Of a DNA stretch of 54,083 nt, positions 44,687-53,293 are shown in pieces. The notes under the pieces were generated by a model. The model saw nothing but the letters and a program-made list of their open reading frames with translations, searched no databases and had not been told where the DNA came from. The stretch is from contig VBOL01000043.1 in assembly GCA_005887945.1 (NCBI GenBank), positions 1-54,083 of the forward strand, written 5' to 3'. Source of the stretch: Nitrospirota bacterium. Lineage in GTDB: Bacteria > Nitrospirota > Nitrospiria > Nitrospirales > Nitrospiraceae. Each line of letters starts with the position of its first letter. Position 1 is the first letter of the stretch. The position numbers and the translations under genes were made by a program.

Positions 44687-44809
44687 TCAAGTGTGCTGAG
44701 GCTGTTCCGTCCGCCAGTGCGTCCGATGCGTGAGCATCGCGTTGAGTGTCATCAGCCGTTTACGCATACAGGCGACGAGCGCCACCTTCGTGGATTTTCT
44801 CGAAGAATG
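44687..44809 (-). mobile_element. IS110-family transposase C-terminal remnant (about 40 codons)
   Basis: Own translation: HSSRKSTKVALVACMRKRLMTLNAMLTHRTHWRTEQPQHT-stop (ALVA.MRK.L..LNAML...W is the IS110 C-terminal signature). Its upstream part is replaced by the HHT head at 44802. Confidence 0.65.
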
Positions 44810-44986
44810 AATGTCAGGTCTTACAATCAAACATTTCGCGGCGCGTGGCGGGGATCTGGTCCATCTGGTCTGTTTGGTTCGTTTGGTTTGTCTGGTTTGT
44901 CTGGTTCAGAGAACGAAATAAACTAGATAAACCAGATAGACCAAACAAACTAGATAGACTGCCTCTGAATCACCCTCCCCTCACAC
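44802..44986 (+). repeat. HHT repeat with a long hairpin (tail type 2 remnant to about 45030)
   Basis: gaagaatgaatgtcaggtcttacaatcaaacatttcgcggcgcgtggcgggg + arms + gactgcctctgaatcaccctcccctcacac. Confidence 0.9.
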
Positions 44987-45175
44987 AACGAGGGACCAGC
45001 CCGATCCTGAAAAAGTAGAATCTCTCCGCGTGTTCATGTGAGAGGTATGTCATGAGCAGATTTCAAAACCAATTTACGAAGAGTTCCCACAGGAATGGTC
45101 ATCACAGCAATCAGTACGGTATTGAAACTATTCCCCCAGCACTGAAAACGATATGCCGCTGTCATGTTTTGCCAA

Positions 45176-45204
45176 TTGACAGGTCACACTCCTCAGATGA
45201 GAAT
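45176..45204 (+). promoter_or_regulatory. candidate sigma70 promoter (TTGACA-N17-GAGAAT) upstream of the DUF1111 gene
   Basis: TTGACA at 45176-81, 17-nt spacer, GAGAAT at 45199-204. Sequence match only. Confidence 0.3.
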
Positions 45205-45266
45205 ACAAGACACAGGTCGCGCGAGCATCGCGCCGGGTTCGGTTGACTGGCGAGGAGGGAGTGGCT

Positions 45267-46661
45267 ATGAAAACGATTGTTGTTCCTTTGCTTCTAACGC
45301 TGGCGGTCGTTGGTTTTTTCTTTTCCTGCGCTGAAATTCCGCCCCCGGTTGATTCGTCGTCCACGGCCCGGGATCCAGGGGTGCGCGGCGGAGCCGCGGG
45401 TGCAGGCGCACCCCTCGCGGGACTGACCAAGACAGAGCTTGTTTTCTTCAACGCCGGCACGGATGAGTTCGTGGAAGAGGAAGATGTCGCCGACGGCCTG
45501 GGACCGACGATGAACCTTGGCAGCTGCGCCGGCTGCCACTTACAGCCGGCGGTCGGCGGAACGAGCCCACCGGTGAATCCCCAGGTTGCATTCGCTACCC
45601 TGAATGGCGCGGCCAACTCCGTTCCATCATTCATCACGGCAAACGGGCCGGTGCGCGAGGCAAGGTTTGTGAAAAACCCTGACGGAACGCCGGACGGCGG
45701 CGTCCACGATCTGTTCACCATCACTGGCCGCTCGGACGCGCCGGGATGCATGCTCGTGCAGCCGGACTTCGAGAAGGAGATCGCGCACCGCAACGTGATC
45801 TTCCGGATTCCCACCCCGGTGTTTGGCGCGGGCCTGATCGAACAGATCCCGGACCAGGCGATCCTCGCGAACCAGGCCAACGACATACCTAAAAAGAAAG
45901 CGCTCAAGATTGCCGGCCGGCCCAATATCGTCCTCGCCGGCCATGCGATCTCCGGCCAGGCGAACAACAACGGCAATGACGGCACGGTTGCGCGGTTCGG
46001 ATGGAAAGCCCAGAACAAATCGCTCCTGTTGTTCTCCGGCGAGGCGTACAACGTCGAAATGGGGATCACCAACGAGCTGTTTCAGACCGAGCGCGATGAA
46101 ACCCCGACATGCCAGGTTGCGACCGTTCCCAACACCATCACAGACACCGCAGGCAAGAAGCCTGTTGATGCCGTCAGTCCGATCGAAAAGTTTGCACTCT
46201 TCATGCGTTTCCTGGCCCCACCGGCGCCTTCGTTCGATACGCCGGGCGGGGCCGATTCAATCGCAAGAGGCCGAAACCTGTTCAGCGATACCGGGTGCGC
46301 TCTCTGCGATACGCCCACGCTCAACACCGGCAATGCCGCGGTCGCCGCCTTGCGCAATCAGTCTGCGAATCTCTTCTCCGACCTGTTGGTCCATGACATG
46401 GGCCCAGGGCTCGCCGACGGAGTCACGCAGGGACAGGCGGGCCCCAGAGATTTTCGCACCGCCCCGCTGTGGGGTCTGGGAAAGCGGCTGTTCTTCCTGC
46501 ATGACGGACGAACGTCGGACTTGCGAGAGGCGATTCGGGCGCATCGCAGCGGGAGTTTCTTTACCTTCAACGCATCCGAAGCGAACGAAGTGATCAAGAA
46601 CTTCAGTGCGCTCAGGGACAATGAGAAGCAGGACGTTCTCAACTTTCTGCGTTCCCTGTAG
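45267..46661 (+). CDS. DUF1111-type di-heme cytochrome c peroxidase-like lipoprotein (second heme motif degenerate)
   Basis: Start MKTIVVPLLLTLAVVGFFFSC (lipobox). First motif CAGCH is intact. The second position reads CALCD instead of CxxCH. Confidence 0.75.
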   Translation: MKTIVVPLLLTLAVVGFFFSCAEIPPPVDSSSTARDPGVRGGAAGAGAPLAGLTKTELVFFNAGTDEFVEEEDVADGLGPTMNLGSCAGCHLQPAVGGTSPPVNPQVAFATLNGAANSVPSFITANGPVREARFVKNPDGTPDGGVHDLFTITGRSDAPGCMLVQPDFEKEIAHRNVIFRIPTPVFGAGLIEQIPDQAILANQANDIPKKKALKIAGRPNIVLAGHAISGQANNNGNDGTVARFGWKAQNKSLLLFSGEAYNVEMGITNELFQTERDETPTCQVATVPNTITDTAGKKPVDAVSPIEKFALFMRFLAPPAPSFDTPGGADSIARGRNLFSDTGCALCDTPTLNTGNAAVAALRNQSANLFSDLLVHDMGPGLADGVTQGQAGPRDFRTAPLWGLGKRLFFLHDGRTSDLREAIRAHRSGSFFTFNASEANEVIKNFSALRDNEKQDVLNFLRSL

Positions 46662-46740
46662 CCGACGTGCGACACGGACACCTGTGGGAGAGATGGGGCC
46701 ATTGCTTGACTTTACACCTCGGCTAGAACCACAAGATATG

Positions 46741-46835
46741 GACAGACGCCCGTAACCATTTCGCGGCGCGTGGCGGGGATCTGCTTCCTCTGGTTCATCT
46801 GGTCTTTCTGGTTTATTTGGTTTATTTGGCGAGGT
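46741..46835 (+). repeat. HHT repeat, 3-prime truncated
   Basis: gacagacgcccgtaaccatttcgcggcgcgtggcggggatctgcttcctctggttcatctggtctttctggtttatttggtttatttgg. Confidence 0.8.
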
Positions 46836-46899
46836 TTCTAAGTACGTGCACCTGTCCATTTCTGTTGGGGAAAAGAGAAAGAATCCTGCAAGACAATGC

Positions 46900-47808
46900 A
46901 TGCTAACGCTAAGCGTACTACTTCTTTTCGGACTAGTTTGTTCAAAAGCTTTTGGCGAATCACCCGCTCCCTCCGTGCACTGGGGAAGCCTAGCGTTCCC
47001 GGATCAGTATTCAACCCTCAACACAGGGCTTACGCTCGACCGATTCACGCCAATAGATGGAGCTGGAGCCAAATATGATTCCACCGTGACCAATACGCTG
47101 GGCTTCAATTTAATTACATTCAGTTGGACGCAACACGGCCATGACCGTTTCGAAGGGTGGAGCATCAATGTCACGGGAGGTATTAGCCCCACAGCCAATC
47201 AGCCCAGCGAGTTCTTTCAAAACAAGGTCATTCACCAACTGCGCCACCTCCCGCCGGTGCCATCCTTCCAGCCGCGTCAGGATACGGATGCCATGTTCGA
47301 TGGATCGGTAACCAAGTGGTTTTTCAAAAACAAGACAGGGTTTTGGGGTGGTGGATTCTCCGCAGGCACCATCTATCAAGAGCAGTTTCTCAGGGCGGGC
47401 ATCCGACGGCTTCAAGTCACGCCGGATCTTTATCATGGAGACTGGGGAGCTGTGAGTGTGCGTTTGTCTGGGCTCGGACGTGTAAGCGTCCAGGAAAATG
47501 GAGCCGTGTTACATCAGACTAAACCAACGTCACATATATTCCAGCCTGCCCTCGCAATCGGGCAATACAATACGAACGAACGAGGTGAACAATATCCAAC
47601 ATGGGAGGTCGAAGTTTCAGCCACATGGGATTCCGGAATTTTTGTTAATGGGGTTGGGCAAAGCCGGAAACAGTTCTTTTGGTCCGCGGCTTTCATTTGC
47701 GGCCCGGTCCGTTTTGAGACATGGAACGATAGTCTGGGAAACCTGAGTAAGTCTGATTTTGGCCCAACCTACGGCGCAACCATCACGATTGACGTTTTTC
47801 GGCTATAG
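46900..47808 (+). CDS. hypothetical secreted protein (possible beta-barrel)
   Basis: Start MLTLSVLLLFGLVCSKAFG (signal peptide). 302 aa. No family recognised. Confidence 0.6.
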   Translation: MLTLSVLLLFGLVCSKAFGESPAPSVHWGSLAFPDQYSTLNTGLTLDRFTPIDGAGAKYDSTVTNTLGFNLITFSWTQHGHDRFEGWSINVTGGISPTANQPSEFFQNKVIHQLRHLPPVPSFQPRQDTDAMFDGSVTKWFFKNKTGFWGGGFSAGTIYQEQFLRAGIRRLQVTPDLYHGDWGAVSVRLSGLGRVSVQENGAVLHQTKPTSHIFQPALAIGQYNTNERGEQYPTWEVEVSATWDSGIFVNGVGQSRKQFFWSAAFICGPVRFETWNDSLGNLSKSDFGPTYGATITIDVFRL

Positions 47809-47851
47809 ACCATAGGTGCCCACGGGGCGCTCACTAGAAGTCCCCCTCTCC

Positions 47852-48010
47852 AAGAATGAGATTAGCCTTGCACTCAATCATTTCGCAGCGCGTAGCGGGA
47901 ATCTGGTTGAACTGGTCTTGCTGGTCTATCTTGTTTCTCTGGTTGGTCTTGTCAGAGAACCCAATACACAAGGCAGACCCGCGCACCAGCTCAACTAGTC
48001 TGGAGGTGCC
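47852..48010 (+). repeat. HHT repeat (diverged)
   Basis: aagaatgagattagccttgcactcaatcatttcgcagcgcgtagcgggaatctggttgaactggtcttgctggt...gcagacccgcgcaccagctcaac. Confidence 0.75.
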
Positions 48011-48122
48011 GTCCGCTCATTTAGCACGAAGCCCTCTCTCAAGGAACCAAATCATTCGACACGCGATTCCCAACTTTGCCACACCTATGTGTCTTTTGTG
48101 TGTGAACTCCATCCATTACCCA

Positions 48123-48533
48123 TTACCGAACTTCAGGCTCTCCTTGAGTGGTTCCCTCATCGGAGGGATTGATATTCTTCTGTGCGGGAGGCGCCGCGTC
48201 AGGATTCTTCGATATGCCCGGATCGATGTCGGGCGGGTTAATGGTGGCATGGGGATCTCCACGTTGCACCGGCACGTGTTGGATGCCCGGATCTATCGTG
48301 GACGGAGGAGTGGATGGAACACCAGACTCCCTCTCCTCGGGGATAGGGACAGGAGGAGGCGCGCCACCGCCCTCAGGCGGGGCAGGCGGGAGCCTATCGG
48401 CGGAGATGGCCAGTGCCGGAAGGAGGCTCAGAATGGCTATGGCCACAAATCCAGAAGCCTCCCTGGATCCTCTTCTGGTAGAGAATACGCGAAGAACCCT
48501 ACCATATTCATGTTTTGACCACGACATATTCAC
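48123..48533 (-). CDS. hypothetical proline-rich secreted protein
   Basis: 136 aa ORF. Signal-like FVAIAILSLLPALAISA, then low-complexity P-rich repeats (DPGI.. x3). Confidence 0.45.
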   Translation of the reverse strand: MNMSWSKHEYGRVLRVFSTRRGSREASGFVAIAILSLLPALAISADRLPPAPPEGGGAPPPVPIPEERESGVPSTPPSTIDPGIQHVPVQRGDPHATINPPDIDPGISKNPDAAPPAQKNINPSDEGTTQGEPEVR

Positions 48534-48565
48534 CCATCGTCTGTGATGACATTTGAGGGCTCGAC

Positions 48566-48709
48566 CTACTGAGGCTTACCTCCGCATCCCTTATAGGCAC
48601 AGGAACAGGGGTCGCCGGTTCTTGCATCTCGGCATTTTAACGAACAAAATTCTTTCCCCGGATCGGTCGGACACTTACAGCTCGGGTGCGCGCATTGTTT
48701 TTCTACCAC
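48566..48709 (-). CDS. cysteine-rich mini-protein (47 aa), metallothionein-like pattern
   Basis: Not in the ORF track. Own translation from GTG (GGAGGGA RBS): VVEKQCAHPSCKCPTDPGKEFCSLKCRDARTGDPCSCAYKGCGGKPQ-stop. 8 Cys + 1 His. Confidence 0.45.
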   Translation of the reverse strand: MVEKQCAHPSCKCPTDPGKEFCSLKCRDARTGDPCSCAYKGCGGKPQ

Positions 48710-49059
48710 GGTCTCCCTCCTTCTTTCGGTTGAGGGTAAGGAGAGTGCAGGGGGTCGGACAAGCCCTGTTCCCTGTCGCTCAGTGGTGTACTCGGTATAG
48801 CCAGATTGGCACCCGGGTCCATGATCTGAGGAGCCATATCACCTGCCTTTTCGACATCCCTACATCCCGAGGTGCTTCTTGAGAATCGATGAATCCGTGA
48901 TAGCGGGATTCTCGGGAGCCAGTGCTGCCGCCTGTTTGAAGGCATCAGTGGCCTCTTCATGATTTCTCATCTTGTCGAGACTGCGGCCCACGGTATAGTT
49001 GGCTTCGGCCAGCTTCGCGTCGGCCTTGAGTGCCCCAGCGGAGCATAGTCCGCAATTTA

Positions 49060-49233
49060 TTATTCTGCAGGCACCTTTGCCCCTTTGCGCCTCGCTTCCG
49101 AAAGTCCAATGGCAATGGCTTGCTGCCTGCCTTTGACTCGGGTGCCGCTCTTCCCGCTTATTAAAGTACCTTCTTTCAATTTATGCATCGCCCGCTTTAC
49201 CGACCGCTGTACGCTCTTGCCATACTTGGCCAT
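49060..49233 (-). CDS. DUF6496-family small basic protein
   Basis: MAKYGKSVQRSVKRAMHKLKEGTLISGKSGTRVKGRQQAIAIGLSEARRKGAKVP. Start moved to 49233. Confidence 0.7.
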   Translation of the reverse strand: MAKYGKSVQRSVKRAMHKLKEGTLISGKSGTRVKGRQQAIAIGLSEARRKGAKVPAE

Positions 49234-49248
49234 CATGCACCCCTTTCT

Positions 49249-49474
49249 GAAACGAAGAACGAGGGTCAGGTCTTGCAATCCAATATTTCGCGGTGCGTGG
49301 CGAGGATCTGGTTCATCTGGTCTCGTTGGTCTATCTCGTTTGTTTGGTTCATTTGGTTGGGGAACGAAACAAACCAGATAAACGAGACAAACCAGATAAA
49401 CTTCACTGACCTCCCCTCACACAACGATGGACCAGGCCGAACCATAGAAGAAGGGAGAATGTCCCGGTTTTCTC
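49249..49474 (+). repeat. full-length HHT element (head, long hairpin, tail type 2, inverted terminal motif)
   Basis: gaaacgaagaacgagggtcaggtcttgcaatccaatatttcgcggtgcgtggcgagg ... cccctcacacaacgatggaccaggccg ... gagaatgtcccggttttctc. Ends 5 nt from the stop of the gene at 49479. Confidence 0.9.
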
Positions 49475-49478
49475 ATAC

Positions 49479-49724
49479 TCATCCTGAGCGGGGCACACAA
49501 CGGCGGAGCGACAGTATCTGTGCACGATCAGGGGACCGAGGGAGACCCTGGCGGCGGCGCTTCATCAGAGCGAGCGCCGTCAGTTGATTTTCGCGGATGA
49601 CGTCATCGCTGATCATGCCGCAGTTGACACACCGCCACCCATGAAAGCTGGATGACAGACTGGCCTGCTGATCGGTGCTGTAATCACTGACAGCAAGGCC
49701 GGCGCATCGTGGACAGTTCATCAT
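49479..49724 (-). CDS. hypothetical zinc-ribbon protein
   Basis: 81 aa ORF. CPRC ... CVNC pairs. Confidence 0.45.
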   Translation of the reverse strand: MMNCPRCAGLAVSDYSTDQQASLSSSFHGWRCVNCGMISDDVIRENQLTALALMKRRRQGLPRSPDRAQILSLRRCVPRSG

Positions 49725-49802
49725 TCATCTCCGAAAAGGCCAACCTCGAGACACGAATGAAGCACCACTCGGCCCCAATAGCTCTACGGTATGGAACCAG
49801 TA

Positions 49803-50078
49803 TCAAACATGTGTCCTATGGGCGGGGGTTGCAAAATGTTGGTCCACCACTGCAGCGTGAATCAACGCTTGCCCGTCCTGGAAACCCATCACATACCGCT
49901 TGAACACACCGGGCGGACAATACTGATACTGGTCCTTGTGATTTCTATTGAGGAGAGCGTCCCGGAGCCCCTCTTCTTCAGCTTGCCATCCTTCACGGTC
50001 AAGCTGCGTACACGCCTGCGTTTTCTGCAGTCGACACCATTCAATGCGAGATGCGATGGATTTGGTCTTATATTCCAT
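49803..50078 (-). CDS. hypothetical protein
   Basis: 91 aa ORF with no family recognised. Coding status based only on length and codon look. Confidence 0.4.
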   Translation of the reverse strand: MEYKTKSIASRIEWCRLQKTQACTQLDREGWQAEEEGLRDALLNRNHKDQYQYCPPGVFKRYVMGFQDGQALIHAAVVDQHFATPAHRTHV

Positions 50079-50411
50079 GGCTCTCCTCCATTGCTGGATC
50101 GTACAAGCGCTGACTGTGTGGCCCGTCTGCCTCGTCGCCCGCTAATTTAATAGGGGGAAAGGCTACCGTCACTTTTCAGCATCACTCGCGGTTAAAGCGC
50201 AAAGAGGATGCCAGGGGATCAAAGCATCGGACCTTTCTCTTTTTTTTTCTTACTGAGTGCCAGTTATCCTATATGTTCCAGTCAGTTGCAGTGGTTCGAT
50301 GGCTGATCCCAAAGACTACTATCGGATGCGGGATGGAGGCAGGTTGGGGGAATCTGCAGGATATAGTATCCATCCCAAGACAAACTTTCCTGCTCGGCAG
50401 GATTGGTGATT

Positions 50412-50527
50412 GAAGGTCGGGCATAGCATTCCAATGTTTCCCGGCGCGTGGCGGAATCTGGTTCATCTGGTCTCCTTCGTCTATCTCGCACCAGATAGAC
50501 TGCCTCTGAATCGCCCTCCACTCACAC
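50412..50527 (+). repeat. HHT repeat with the hairpin apex deleted (tail type 2 to about 50607)
   Basis: gaaggtcgggcatagcattccaatgtttcccggcgcgtggcggaatctggttcatctggtctccttcgtctatctcgcaccagatagactgcctctgaatcgccctccactcacac. Confidence 0.85.
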
Positions 50528-50621
50528 AAGGCTCCGACCATACAGCAGTCCGCTGCACAACGAAGGCATGGACTAGGCCGCCCCTGAGAAAGTAGAATGT
50601 CCTTGTGTCGTCACCCCTTGC

Positions 50622-50945
50622 GTGAGAGCGATGAGCGTCAAGCGTTACACAAATATGCTCGAAGCCATAGAGGAGTTGAAGAAAAGAGGGTTCACCGGAA
50701 ACTTCGAGTTTCTTGATCAAACGTTCCGAGATCTGGACAGCGGCATAACCTTCAAGGCTGACCAACTCACCATCGTGGAACACGATCGGTTCGAGGGAGC
50801 AAGCGATCCGGATGACATGTCTGTCGTCTATGCCATGGAGAGTGATGATGGACTCAAAGGGGTCATTGCTGATGCCTTTGGTCTCTATGCCAATCCAGAC
50901 CTTGGCGGGTTTCTAGAGAAAGTGAAAATTCGAGAAGGGAAATGA
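50622..50945 (+). CDS. conserved hypothetical small protein
   Basis: 107 aa. YTNMLEAIEELKKRGFTGNFEF...FEGASDPDDMSVVYAMES pattern recalled from a widespread uncharacterised family. Alternative start at 50631. Confidence 0.6.
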   Translation: MRAMSVKRYTNMLEAIEELKKRGFTGNFEFLDQTFRDLDSGITFKADQLTIVEHDRFEGASDPDDMSVVYAMESDDGLKGVIADAFGLYANPDLGGFLEKVKIREGK

Positions 50946-50982
50946 TTAGTTGCCTGCCCCCATTTCGTAACGCGTGACAGGC
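50946..50982 (+). repeat. solo HHT head (degenerate), starting right after the stop codon
   Basis: ttagttgcctgcccccatttcgtaacgcgtgacaggcc. Confidence 0.55.
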
Positions 50983-51334
50983 CGACTCCATCAACTGCCT
51001 GCCGAGTTCCTCCGCAACGAGTCGACCGTCGGACTTATTCTCCCTCCCCCATCGGCCCTTCGGGCTCCACCGACTGGCGGCAGCCCTAGCGCATGCGGAT
51101 GGTGAGTAGTTTCTAAGCTCGGCCTAATGCCCGGCTAATTTTGCATGGTTAAGCTTAAGACATACTGGAGCTTAACCATGCATCACATCGGAATGCGGGT
51201 CTATTTGACAGCGATCGCATTGTTTATCTCCTCCCTCCTCGCACGATCCACTGTGTCTCGAGATAAAGTGCGGCCAAAGAAGACTCCACTGTAATTCGAG
51301 GTATTCCTTTCTCTCGGGAAAGCCGTAATTTTCA

Positions 51335-51475
51335 GAAATTGGAAGGTGTCAGACCCCATTCGCGGCGCGTGGCTGGGATCTTGTCCATCTGGTTTCATCG
51401 GTCTATCTCGTTTGTTTGGTTCGACGAACCAGAGAGACGAAACAGACCCGCACAGCAGATAGACTGCCTCTGCGG
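51335..51475 (+). repeat. HHT repeat
   Basis: gaaattggaaggtgtcagaccccattcgcggcgcgtggctgggatcttgtccatctggtttcatcggtctatctcgtttgtttggttcgacgaacc...cagcagatagactgcctctgcggggg. Confidence 0.85.
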
Positions 51476-51521
51476 GGGACAGGAAAATGGGATAGGCTGA
51501 GCTAGTCCGGGATGTTGATAA

Positions 51522-52961
51522 CTAGAACTGATTCCAGAGCATTTGGTTTGTTACTTCGTGGTGAAAAAGCACTTCCGAAGCCTTCACTATCGTGCCGAGC
51601 TCTTTCGGAGAACGATCTGCCACCAACTGTTTGAAGCTCGCATACTTTTGCTTGCTGTCCTCGCCGAGGATCTCGCCAATAAACTTCGACGAGTTAAATA
51701 GCGCGATCGCATCATTGATGTAACTCGGAAGGAATCGCACGCGGTCGCGTGCCGTCTCATCCTTTTCCAGGCGCTCCCCTTCTAAGCCGGTCTTGAGCAT
51801 CGTGTACAGCACGAGGTAGGGGTTGGCATCAGGGGCGACTGAGCGCAGCTCGATGCGCGCAGTCTTTTCGTTGGCCATCGGAATGCGGATCATAGAACCG
51901 CGATCGATCGCCGAGACCTTGACCTGGTTCGGTGCCTCAAAATGCGGATCCAGACGGCGATACGCATTCACCGACGAATTAAACACTAGACAAATCTCGG
52001 ACGCATGATTCAGGAGTTTGAGAATGAAGTCCCACGCCACATCAGAAAGGCCATCTTTACCCTTCGCATCGTAGAAGATATTCTTGCCATTTTTGCTCAA
52101 GGAGAAGTTGGTGTGCATGCCGGAACCATTGATCCCAACGAATGGCTTCGGAAGGAACGTGGCCGTGTGCCCCATGGATCGAGCCACTTGGCGACAGATC
52201 AGTTTGTACAGCTGCACATGGTCTGCCGCACGAACAACTTCCGCATAGGAAAAGTTCATTTCGAACTGCGAGGGCGCGACCTCTGGATGATCTTTTTCGT
52301 TTTTGAAGCCCAGTGCACGCTGTGCCTCCGCCGACTTATCAATGAACTGGCGAAGCATGTCCATCGGAAGCGAGTGATAGTAACCGCCCGTTGAGATGAG
52401 TTTAAACCCGTTCTCGCGGTAGCGTTGCTCGGCGTTCTGCCCTTCCTCGAGGAAGCCTTCTATTTCGCTGGCAGCATACGCGGTCATACCCTGCTTTTTC
52501 TTGAGATTCTTCGTATACGACTTCAGCACGCCGCGGAAGTCGCTATGATACGGCGTACGATCACCGTTTAAAACGGACGCAAAGAAGATCACCTTCCCTG
52601 CCCCAATAACGTCGGCCGGAAAGTAGCGGATGGACGGCCAGTCAACTTCAAGACGCAGGTCCGACTCATGTTGCGGCGTGAACCCGCGGATGGACGACCC
52701 GTCAAATGTTAGATTCCCCAGCGACTCCAAAAGGAACTTCTTGTCGTAATCGAGCATGTGAAGACGTCCTTCAATATCCGAAAAACACAACGTCACGGCC
52801 TTGATCTGCTTCTCCTTTTTAAGCCACGCTGTATATTCCAGCTCCAGCTCTTTTGCGCTGACCCTCTCGGCACGCTGCGCCGCCTTGAGATTCATTTCTT
52901 CAAGTTCGTCATACGGTATCTCGAGGAAGGACTTCAGGTCAGCAGATTTATCCTCAGCCAT
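51522..52961 (-). CDS. glnA: glutamine synthetase family protein
   Basis: Start at MAEDKSADLK (52961). FDGSSIRGF, GSGMHTNFSL and NAYRRL signatures. 479 aa. Confidence 0.8.
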   Translation of the reverse strand: MAEDKSADLKSFLEIPYDELEEMNLKAAQRAERVSAKELELEYTAWLKKEKQIKAVTLCFSDIEGRLHMLDYDKKFLLESLGNLTFDGSSIRGFTPQHESDLRLEVDWPSIRYFPADVIGAGKVIFFASVLNGDRTPYHSDFRGVLKSYTKNLKKKQGMTAYAASEIEGFLEEGQNAEQRYRENGFKLISTGGYYHSLPMDMLRQFIDKSAEAQRALGFKNEKDHPEVAPSQFEMNFSYAEVVRAADHVQLYKLICRQVARSMGHTATFLPKPFVGINGSGMHTNFSLSKNGKNIFYDAKGKDGLSDVAWDFILKLLNHASEICLVFNSSVNAYRRLDPHFEAPNQVKVSAIDRGSMIRIPMANEKTARIELRSVAPDANPYLVLYTMLKTGLEGERLEKDETARDRVRFLPSYINDAIALFNSSKFIGEILGEDSKQKYASFKQLVADRSPKELGTIVKASEVLFHHEVTNQMLWNQF

Positions 52962-53293
52962 GGTTCCTTTATTAGTCTCTTGGCGCGAAAGTGTGGGCCT
53001 GGATACAAAACGAAGCAGCCGATAGTGTAGGCTTCTTGGGTTCGCGATCACCCCTGATCAGAGAATCCCCCAGGAGCAGCTACCGGGTGAAGACTTAGTC
53101 TGTCACGTCTCTTCTGGGCATGCAAGGGGTTGCCATCACGCGCGTCGAGCACACTCACGGAAAGGCCGAAGCGCCGTGATCGTGCACTTGGGATGGGCGG
53201 GCAGGGGATACCGGTGCAGGGCTGTAGCCAGAGGGTGCAGCCCTCGACGGTGACTACAACGGAAGTGGAATGCGAGTCAGCAAAGGATTTCGG

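Noticed and set aside
36461-45018. Repeat-encoded peptides (e.g. ...ELVHLVYLVCLVFLV, GAWRGSGSSGFFGLS, ISRRVAGIWSIWF...) as real small genes or as a PEP-CTERM-like sorting signal (hydrophobic helix + RRTRE)
   Set aside because: The frame relative to upstream genes differs between copies. Most copies lie after stop codons. DNA conservation extends through the non-coding hairpin, and the arms are self-complementary. This is a nucleic-acid-level repeat. Only the VOC gene at 39213 actually reads into it.
45052-45246. 64-aa + strand ORF upstream of the DUF1111 gene
   Set aside because: His/Arg/Ser-rich, and it overlaps a plausible promoter. There is no RBS and no recognisable family.
45128-46901. 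314-aa and 214-aa minus-strand ORFs
   Set aside because: Antisense to the DUF1111 gene, which has a lipobox, a CxxCH motif and a coherent fold pattern.
48703-48960. 85-aa minus-strand ORF
   Set aside because: It overlaps, in a different frame, a TPR-like fragment that looks more protein-like. Its own translation is low-complexity with no RBS. Neither is called as a CDS.
50300-50410. 36-aa ORF MADPKDYYRMRDGGRLGESAGYSIHPKTNFPARQDW
   Set aside because: Weak RBS and no recognisable family. It lies in the spacer before an HHT head. Insufficient evidence.
51144-51294. Perfect 12-bp inverted repeat (CATGGTTAAGCT ... AGCTTAACCATG) overlapping the start of a 38-aa hydrophobic micro-ORF (MHHIGMRVYLTAIALFISSLLARS...)
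   Set aside because: Interesting geometry (an operator-like palindrome over the ATG), but it is a single occurrence. There is no RBS, and coding cannot be supported from sequence alone.
52962-53290. Glutamine riboswitch or another known leader upstream of the glutamine synthetase gene
   Set aside because: I saw hairpins (e.g. cacggcgcttcggcctttccgtg, gcagggctg...cagccctc) but nothing resembling the glnA RNA consensus. This cannot be supported without a CM search.
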